DNA of 64,000 bases from Octopus bimaculoides (lineage: Eukaryota), in contig NC_069002.1 of NCBI RefSeq assembly GCF_001194135.2, forward strand, positions 14,931,398 to 14,995,397, read 5' to 3'. Both the position numbers and the translations under genes were made by a program. The notes under the pieces were generated by a model. It searched no databases and was not told the origin of the DNA. It saw only the letters and a program-made list of their open reading frames with translations. Positions 62,759 through 64,000 of the stretch are shown here, in pieces (the stretch's first letter is position 1; every line of letters starts with the position of its first letter).

Positions 62759-63870
62759 AGTACATAGCACCCAGTATACTCTGTAAAGTAGTTGGCACTA
62801 GAAGGGCATCCAGCTAAAGAAATTATGCCAAAGCTGACAGTAACAAATTGTCCAACCCATGCCAGTATGGAAAATGGACGTTAAATTATGATGATGAATT
62901 GATGTGTGTGTGAGTATATGTGTATATATATGTGTGTATGTACGTTTGTATGTGTACTGGTTTCTGTGTTTGATACATCTTTAGTGGTATATTTCAAACA
63001 GTTATAATCTAACCCTCTGTGTATTATCAAAAAAAAGATCAAGAGTCTTGCTCAAGCTATAGGATCATAAGTGAACTTCAAAATCAAACAATCAGTATCT
63101 CTTTTGTTTTTTTCAATCTCACCTAAAAAAATTCAAACAAACGAAACATTAAAGATAAAGCAACTCACTGAATATTTCTTCCCACCCTGCTGGCTGATGA
63201 CTCTTGTTCCTGGTGTAAGTTTTCCATTGAGGAAAAGTTGAAGGGAAATCTGTTTCTTGGATGATGCTTTACTCTTTGATTTTGCCCCACATCTATCTAT
63301 CAAGATCACATCATCTCCACTTAGTACAGCAACGGCACAGTTACAAGATGCCACTCCATGGCATGAACGGTAGAATGTATGGACCTGAATTGTAAAAGAC
63401 AAAATATTTTATTACGTTCTGATCATTTTAAGATCATACACTGTCTATGTTTTACAATTGATATTGAATATAATCAGTAGTATGGGAGGATTTAGTAAAA
63501 TAAACAACTTATTGCAATGGTGTTTTGTGGTGTTTTGAACAGAATATAAATAAAAAGGCAATTAAATAAATACAATAAATGCCATTAATTTAAGCACGGA
63601 CATTTTAAAATGAGTAATGCTGTATCCCAGAACCAGAGGCAATGTCAGGTAGGGTGGAAGAAAAAGAGTTAGAAGACAAGTGAATTACTCCACTGAACAG
63701 GATAAAAGGGAATGAAATACACTTATTGCTTATAATAAAGATCATGCATACTCACTTAATCTACCAGAATTTTAACATATAACAACAACTATTATTTATA
63801 TCTTACCGCAAATGGTTGGGTTGTGTGACGGAAGAGGACGAATTCTCCTTCAAAGAAATTGTTGTAATAG
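3818..63870 (-). CDS. Multi-exon gene (40 exons in window, 5' and 3' ends unresolved) encoding a giant, probably extracellular protein with 3 tandem VWD-EGF-IPT-LamG modules; VWDE-like
   Basis: 40 exons with canonical AG/GT ends; phases chain perfectly; 6955 nt, about 2318 aa, no stop seen; VWD motifs ([GN]DPH, GEFV, SCNCAVAV.SGDD, GLCG) recur three times with matching exon sizes (64,64,64; 109,109,103). Confidence 0.93.
4224..4633 (-). mobile_element. tRNA-head SINE family B
   Basis: Head GGCG[CT]AGGAGTGGCTGTGTGGTAAG, GGTTCAGTCCC box, CCTTGGGCAAGTGTCTT core, central (AT/GT)n tract; shared with 45525 and 50526. Confidence 0.87.
5038..5420 (+). mobile_element. tRNA-head SINE family A, full length
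   Basis: A/B box-like head, conserved body, (CAA)n tail. Confidence 0.88.
6236..6421. mobile_element. TTAA-flanked MITE (piggyBac-like ends)
   Basis: TTAACCCTTTAGCATT ... AATGATAGAAGGTTTAA; related pieces at 4150-4215, 43830-44102, 44517-44620. Confidence 0.55.
6433..6569 (-). CDS. Exon C9
   Basis: 137 nt, phase 2-1; RVTGDSYYNGYSKKLDFDVPTYCTCVDATVDCKPFGDAIGCPLRKK. Confidence 0.92.
6664..7045 (-). mobile_element. tRNA-head SINE family A, full length, 13-bp TSD
   Basis: Flanked by TAAATGTGTAAAT at 6651-6663 and 7046-7058. Confidence 0.9.
7076..8015 (-). mobile_element. Tc1/mariner transposase remnant (DD37D/maT-like), 5'-truncated
   Basis: FSDEK, WQQDSA, WPPNSP motifs with stops and frameshifts; right end TA|CAGGGTG. 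Confidence 0.88.
8046..8594 (+). mobile_element. 3' end of an RLE-type non-LTR retrotransposon (R4/Dong-like)
   Basis: IRKIALLTTAHILYKTLSIQ* resembles the C-terminal QK..LLGTA.ILRK motif; 3' UTR then (AAT)n tail. Confidence 0.65.
8873..8975 (-). CDS. Exon C8, VWD C-terminus
   Basis: 103 nt, phase 1-2; GLCDKYTLESPNYLTGKTKQFPIKKLPNGFSKEWR. Confidence 0.9.
9338..9440 (-). CDS. Exon C7, VWD
   Basis: 103 nt, phase 0-1; VVLPTGMIVKIKPRFHAFMNLYLDATAKDLEKSK. Confidence 0.92.
10454..10666 (-). CDS. Exon C6, VWD
   Basis: 213 nt, phase 0-0; VRAFFTRCGRASCTCAVIVRSGDDVIVFNKC...GDLTPATKIY...SYYV. Confidence 0.94.
12124..12187 (-). CDS. Exon C5, VWD
   Basis: 64 nt, phase 2-0; YYSSYMTGEFIVYQHDTLPFE. Confidence 0.92.
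12481..12569 (-). CDS. Exon C4, VWD start (GDPH)
   Basis: 89 nt, phase 0-2; VSITNKDSKKFIKGICKITGDPHVKSFNQK. Confidence 0.93.
12837..13050 (-). mobile_element. SINE family D
   Basis: Reverse complement near-identical to 54786 copy; diverged copies at 10196-10378, 51627-51845, 56695-56830. Confidence 0.8.
14858..15244 (-). CDS. Exon C3, pre-VWD beta domain
   Basis: 387 nt, phase 0-0; IDNTTDIKLIEGE...EPNYIC...ITLQALVDSVY...SVTKK; homologous to B3. Confidence 0.92.
16391..16608. mobile_element. TTAA-flanked MITE (piggyBac-like ends), opposite orientation to 6236 copy
   Basis: TTAACCCTTT.AGCATT ... AATGATAAAGGATTAA terminal inverted repeats. Confidence 0.6.
17810..17896 (-). CDS. Exon C2
   Basis: 87 nt, phase 0-0; VSCAIKAKSSIRCGEPISQRSNVIISETK; homologous to B2. 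Confidence 0.88.
18480..18833 (+). mobile_element. Degenerate RLE endonuclease domain of a non-LTR retrotransposon
   Basis: WNLEIK...YDQPEIVV*DHEENICYVVEINCPLDT...EK...LG...LIHKLQ...KTFF resembles the RPD.V...C..IE..CP.D motif. Confidence 0.6.
20688..20929 (-). CDS. Exon C1, module start
   Basis: 242 nt, phase 1-0; GNLTKPGAPSVSY...ITYTCIF...YKGIW...AFKNG; homologous to B1. Confidence 0.9.
21422..21706. repeat. Palindromic MITE-like element with head-to-head telomere-like repeats
   Basis: Imperfect terminal inverted repeats (GATTGGCCTTTTCTGTAAAAAG / CTTTTTACGGAAAAGGCCAATA); GGTTAG-type then CTAACC-type repeats at 21537-21615. Confidence 0.65.
22369..22509 (-). CDS. Exon B18, Thr/Pro/Glu-rich mucin-like linker
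   Basis: 141 nt, phase 1-1; DNETVTVMPTEPTTIETELPTEPTDVTGPSLTTQVTQTELTTTKACQ. Confidence 0.82.
23660..24157. repeat. Old about 270-bp-period tandem duplication in a purine-rich tract
   Basis: 23660-23881 versus 23929-24157 share GTAACTGAGAAAGTC and GGATGGAAGTAAGCATTAA.AAGATGGTTTTAGGATATCA. Confidence 0.8.
24248..24659 (-). CDS. Exon B17, LamG-like C-terminal part
   Basis: 412 nt, phase 0-1; ISVSF...IFTNGG...LTLSTKTQQWTV...ITFSWSVYTGLKLFLDG...ALRAT. Confidence 0.94.
25169..25216 (-). ncRNA. Candidate minimal type-I hammerhead ribozyme motif (sense to host pre-mRNA)
   Basis: GTCT-CTGATGA-AG-GGATATT-CCT-AATATCC-AA-GAAA-CAGCTG-TA-AGAC; palindromic stem III ACAGCTGT, triplet GUA. Confidence 0.65.
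25282..25448 (-). repeat. Exact 167-bp intronic copy of part of exon B17 (24489-24655)
   Basis: Identical by eye; lacks the first 4 exon nt and the acceptor. Confidence 0.92.
25630..25844 (-). CDS. Exon B16, LamG-like N-terminal part
   Basis: 215 nt, phase 1-0; SEKIETKDC...LEGKDQFIAADALQTTCLSNPEGCRLG. Confidence 0.92.
26130..26490 (+). mobile_element. tRNA-head SINE family A, 17-bp TSD
   Basis: Flanked by ATATGTGTAATTTAAAG at 26113-26129 and 26491-26507. Confidence 0.92.
26720..26831 (-). CDS. Exon B15, small Cys-rich domain
   Basis: 112 nt, phase 0-1; ADICIIDDKCYGDGYLVMTTSFICNIRQNRSAWSLVE. Confidence 0.92.
27405..27860 (-). mobile_element. Repeat family C with internally repeated CAGCTGGATGCCCTTCC motif
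   Basis: Three copies of the core motif; similar diverged copies at 5775-6110, 22975-23190, 35362-35650, 48000-48250, 55021-55240. Confidence 0.7.
28024..28218 (-). CDS. Exon B14, IPT/TIG-like end
   Basis: 195 nt, phase 0-0; ...ATYVTSDQVVCPIDSLGKYKISISNDG...YNPVCYKCDDQNCTQR. Confidence 0.94.
28890..29946 (-). mobile_element. SINE family B interrupted by an assembly gap and a nested family C copy (29630-29778)
   Basis: 3' half at 28890-29072, 5' half at 29779-29946. Confidence 0.8.
30142..30329 (-). CDS. Exon B13, EGF end and IPT/TIG-like start
   Basis: 188 nt, phase 1-0; GECQCQNKYFGVDCSIQKDTPP...ISGENFVQTNTLICHYNFSN. Confidence 0.94.
30519..30775 (+). mobile_element. tRNA-head SINE family E
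   Basis: GAAGGCGCATGGCTC head, GTTCAATTCC box, TGTTCTTG[AG]GCAA..ACACTT core; related copies at 33140-33360, 39810-40055, 53130-53380. Confidence 0.65.
31073..31241 (-). CDS. Exon B12, start of EGF-like domain
   Basis: 169 nt, phase 0-1; ITEDTSWAKEAVQSIQQSC...MICPNDCSGFGECVK. Confidence 0.93.
32332..32459. repeat. Palindrome, 56-bp arms (52/56)
   Basis: 32332-32387 versus 32404-32459. Confidence 0.9.
32658..32943. repeat. Long palindrome, 120-bp arms (117/120 identical), 46-bp spacer
   Basis: 32658-32777 versus reverse complement of 32824-32943, compared by eye. Confidence 0.92.
32806..32896 (+). ncRNA. Degenerate type-I hammerhead motif inside a palindrome
   Basis: TATTCC-CTGAAGA-[GTGTAAGGC/GCTTTATAC]-GATA (GAAA mutated)-TGT-TG-ACA-TA-GGAATA; the inverted copy retains GAAA. 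Confidence 0.5.
33590..33751 (-). CDS. Exon B11, helical Cys region
   Basis: 162 nt, phase 0-0; EFTWPSPTKKITETEATTICKTTIEGKNSTKNCLKILPNTEFAMSLDSCIEDIQ. Confidence 0.93.
33985..34242 (+). mobile_element. Repeat family C with (GAT)n tail (RTE-like 3' end, inferred)
   Basis: GGTTGGCGTTAGGAAGGGCATCCAGCTGTAGAAAC...GGACGTTAAACGATGATGAT; also at 13925, 29630, 61515 and others. Confidence 0.8.
34256..34470 (+). mobile_element. SINE family A, 5' half
   Basis: Matches head and first half of the 5038 copy. Confidence 0.8.
34642..34748 (-). CDS. Exon B10
   Basis: 107 nt, phase 1-0; VKDITKKLLKKAKIPKKCISRQEEETFEYNSTYVTP. Confidence 0.92.
35030..35202 (-). CDS. Exon B9
   Basis: 173 nt, phase 2-1; RVKKKDTLYTGYCPLK...HVYCNCMSLSETECSSNMDYQTCG...HRK. 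Confidence 0.93.
36450..36695. repeat. Degenerate minisatellite rich in CCAATAGGG
   Basis: About 8 CCAAT/ATTGG motifs in about 13-nt units. Confidence 0.7.
37047..37155 (-). CDS. Exon B8, VWD C-terminus
   Basis: 109 nt, phase 1-2; GLCGSFDSNKNNDFVMSNGKVLIERGKRPDEFSLSWR. Confidence 0.94.
37811..37922 (-). CDS. Exon B7, VWD
   Basis: 112 nt, phase 0-1; IILPTGTSVIVAKGRKRTSQFINIWVQPSPADMKKTE. Confidence 0.93.
38657..38713 (-). ncRNA. Candidate minimal type-I hammerhead motif (sense to host pre-mRNA)
   Basis: ATA-CTGATGA-[T CG..CTAGA-TATTAT-TCTAG..CG T]-GAAA-TCG-TT-CGA-TA-TAT; intact core, only 3-bp stem I. Confidence 0.5.
38714..39065 (-). mobile_element. SINE family A, 3'-truncated
   Basis: Matches family A consensus; lacks tail. 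Confidence 0.85.
39147..39353 (-). CDS. Exon B6, VWD
   Basis: 207 nt, phase 0-0; VHAFYRNCNGHASCNCAVAVRSGDDVILIDQC...GGLKYK. Confidence 0.95.
40625..40688 (-). CDS. Exon B5, VWD
   Basis: 64 nt, phase 2-0; FYNCFFEGEFVLYQHQTLPFA. Confidence 0.93.
40845..41285 (+). mobile_element. SINE family B-related, diverged
   Basis: GGTTCAGTGCCACTGCATGGCACCTTGGGCA core and family B tail. Confidence 0.65.
41505..41581 (-). CDS. Exon B4, VWD start (NDPH)
   Basis: 77 nt, phase 0-2; VDVVDSNKKAVCKSINDPHITTYDGR. Confidence 0.93.
41795..41990. repeat. (GATA)n microsatellite region
   Basis: Direct reading. Confidence 0.9.
42617..43012 (-). CDS. Exon B3, pre-VWD beta domain
   Basis: 396 nt, phase 0-0; ILSSKIKVVEGMKAG...PPRLMC...IPVIATIDGLRD...KIGRVQ. 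Confidence 0.93.
43047..43111 (+). mobile_element. SINE family A, 3' fragment
   Basis: GCTGTTCCGTTGATCGGATCGACTGGAACCCTCGACGTCGTAAGCGA...CCAACAACAA. Confidence 0.75.
43232..43324 (-). CDS. Exon B2
   Basis: 93 nt, phase 0-0; LTCAVSACYSSNCENSQGPKRHSLALVAEIK. Confidence 0.9.
44634..44948 (+). mobile_element. SINE family A, 5'-truncated
   Basis: Matches family A body and tail. Confidence 0.85.
45148..45383 (-). CDS. Exon B1, module start (beta-rich domain)
   Basis: 236 nt, phase 1-0; EHPTFKDAPELKW...FLCSFPPHPNDKQLKYLVFWY...YKDG. Confidence 0.9.
45525..45915 (+). mobile_element. SINE family B, full length
   Basis: Near-identical to 4224 and 50526 copies. Confidence 0.88.
45919..47880. repeat. 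About 440-bp direct repeats flanking exon A12
   Basis: 45919-46359 versus 47444-47880; about 7 substitutions and one 4-nt indel. Confidence 0.92.
46656..47291 (-). CDS. Exon A12, LamG/concanavalin-like domain (single exon)
   Basis: 636 nt, phase 1-1; CFRGQENECNGGFTVNF, IFSNGG, LTVSTAERQWVV, ITFSWSQHNGLVLMIN. Confidence 0.93.
48983..49325 (+). mobile_element. SINE family B, diverged
   Basis: Head, CCTTGGGCAAG core and CAGCATGGCCG..GTC.AATGACT tail recognisable. Confidence 0.75.
49621..49776. repeat. Palindrome, 58-bp arms (50/58)
   Basis: 49621-49678 versus 49719-49776. Confidence 0.88.
49985..50099 (-). CDS. Exon A11, small Cys-rich domain
   Basis: 115 nt, phase 0-1; TDICKINNECYENLAINPKNATLTCNVLVSKNSWQLID. 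Confidence 0.92.
50526..50892 (+). mobile_element. SINE family B, full length
   Basis: Near-identical to 45525 copy with a small internal deletion. Confidence 0.88.
51292..51501 (-). CDS. Exon A10, IPT/TIG-like end
   Basis: 210 nt, phase 0-0; ...SSEEQIECQIPSAKVFEVSVSNDNSTWSNSFVVVTFNSLCEKCTETKCSPR. Confidence 0.93.
52261..52493. repeat. Inverted repeat, 59-bp arms (56/59)
   Basis: 52261-52319 versus 52435-52493. Confidence 0.9.
52357..52448 (+). ncRNA. Candidate type-I hammerhead ribozyme motif, best-formed in window
   Basis: Stem I TATTTCC/GGAAATA (7 bp), CTGAGGA, stem II GAAGATTACA/TGTAATCTTC (10 bp), GAAA, palindromic stem III ACATATGT, triplet GUU. Confidence 0.75.
53731..53915 (-). CDS. 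Exon A9, EGF end and IPT/TIG-like start
   Basis: 185 nt, phase 1-0; GICQCSEEFDGADCSLKKTEPP...ITGTGFTDSETLMCRLQEMT. Confidence 0.93.
53989..54485. repeat. Higher-order tandem repeat: 217-bp units built from 27-bp subunits plus hammerhead-like motif
   Basis: AAATTGACAGCTACTTGAGAAATAACT about 10 times; long unit repeated at 217-bp spacing. Confidence 0.85.
54786..55020 (+). mobile_element. tRNA-head SINE family D (central motif resembles the MetaSINE domain as I recall it)
   Basis: GGCGGTGAGCGGGCAGAAACGTTAG head; GACTTTGCCTTTCATCCTTTCGGGGTCGATAAATTAAGTACC core. Confidence 0.8.
56454..56637 (-). CDS. Exon A8, start of EGF-like domain
   Basis: 184 nt, phase 0-1; LTGDLVW...GLCLNDCNKQGKCLE; donor GTTGGT is weak. 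Confidence 0.9.
56830..56958. repeat. (AAT)n microsatellite
   Basis: Direct reading. Confidence 0.97.
57373..57516 (-). CDS. Exon A7, helical Cys region
   Basis: 144 nt, phase 0-0; DISSNITLEQAKTYCQEFIMITEVAKVIQKLPSISIENYIESCTTDLH. Confidence 0.88.
58139..58248 (-). CDS. Exon A6
   Basis: 110 nt, phase 1-0; GVKDITSTLIKHAKEPKKCEKLQPQTTFEYNETYVSV. Confidence 0.9.
59090..59250 (-). CDS. Exon A5, Cys-containing linker
   Basis: 161 nt, phase 2-1; RVKKENTLYNGYCPEANETMSQEVYCHCVDNQESVCGTNMDVVNCGDFSKRKSK. Confidence 0.92.
59881..59948. repeat. (AT)n microsatellite; many others, including at most gap edges
   Basis: Direct reading. Confidence 0.97.
60157..60265 (-). CDS. Exon A4, VWD C-terminus
   Basis: 109 nt, phase 1-2; GLCGVYDDNKKNDLRFPNGTVYATKSKRPKPFSLSWR. 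Confidence 0.94.
60968..61497. mobile_element. mariner remnant with internal inversion
   Basis: TA|CGTGGTCTGATCAATAAG end, EQRICIKFCQKLG on +; DKRSGRP...TIHELS...ISYRSVQSIITENLGMRHV on -. Confidence 0.8.
61515..61712 (+). mobile_element. Repeat family C
   Basis: Same core and (GAT)n tail as 33985. Confidence 0.78.
61994..62093 (-). CDS. Exon A3, VWD domain
   Basis: 100 nt, phase 0-1; VYLPTGGVVTVTSHNEFVNVIYKASATDFKHTE. Confidence 0.92.
63169..63384 (-). CDS. Exon A2, VWD domain
   Basis: 216 nt, phase 0-0; VHTFYRSCHGVASCNCAVAVLSGDDVILIDRC...GGKKYS. Confidence 0.95.
63807..63870 (-). CDS. Exon A1, VWD domain
   Basis: 64 nt, phase 2-0, AG/GT; YYNNFFEGEFVLFRHTTQPFA. Confidence 0.92.
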
Positions 63871-64000
63871 CTAGAGAGAAAGAAAACAAACAACATCGAT
63901 TACCCAAAACAGAAAATACATTTCTTCACTTTATTTCCACACACACACAGACATACGTACAAACATATGCATGTATATATATATATATATATATATATAT

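Overview
Eukaryotic, AT-rich, microsatellite- and SINE-rich genomic DNA from a gapped draft assembly. The SINE families and overall texture are what I associate with octopus genomes (inference). The window lies inside one large minus-strand gene. I reconstructed 40 coding exons by hand (3818-63870). All have AG/GT junctions, intron phases chain without a break, and together they give 6955 nt (about 2318 aa) with no stop seen. Neither end of the gene is resolved. The protein is built from a ~1050-aa module repeated at least three times: beta-rich domains, VWD, Cys/helical region, EGF-like, IPT/TIG-like, Cys-rich, then LamG/concanavalin-like. It is related to VWDE (von Willebrand factor D and EGF domain) proteins. 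Introns contain five tRNA-head or RTE-tailed SINE-like families, two mariner remnants, two RLE-type LINE fragments and TTAA MITEs. They also hold a dense set of minimal type-I hammerhead ribozyme motifs (about 4 with intact cores, 6 or more degenerate), several inside long palindromes or inserted in (TA)n tracts, which suggests Penelope-like or retrozyme-like elements. No CRISPR, rRNA or true tRNA genes were seen.
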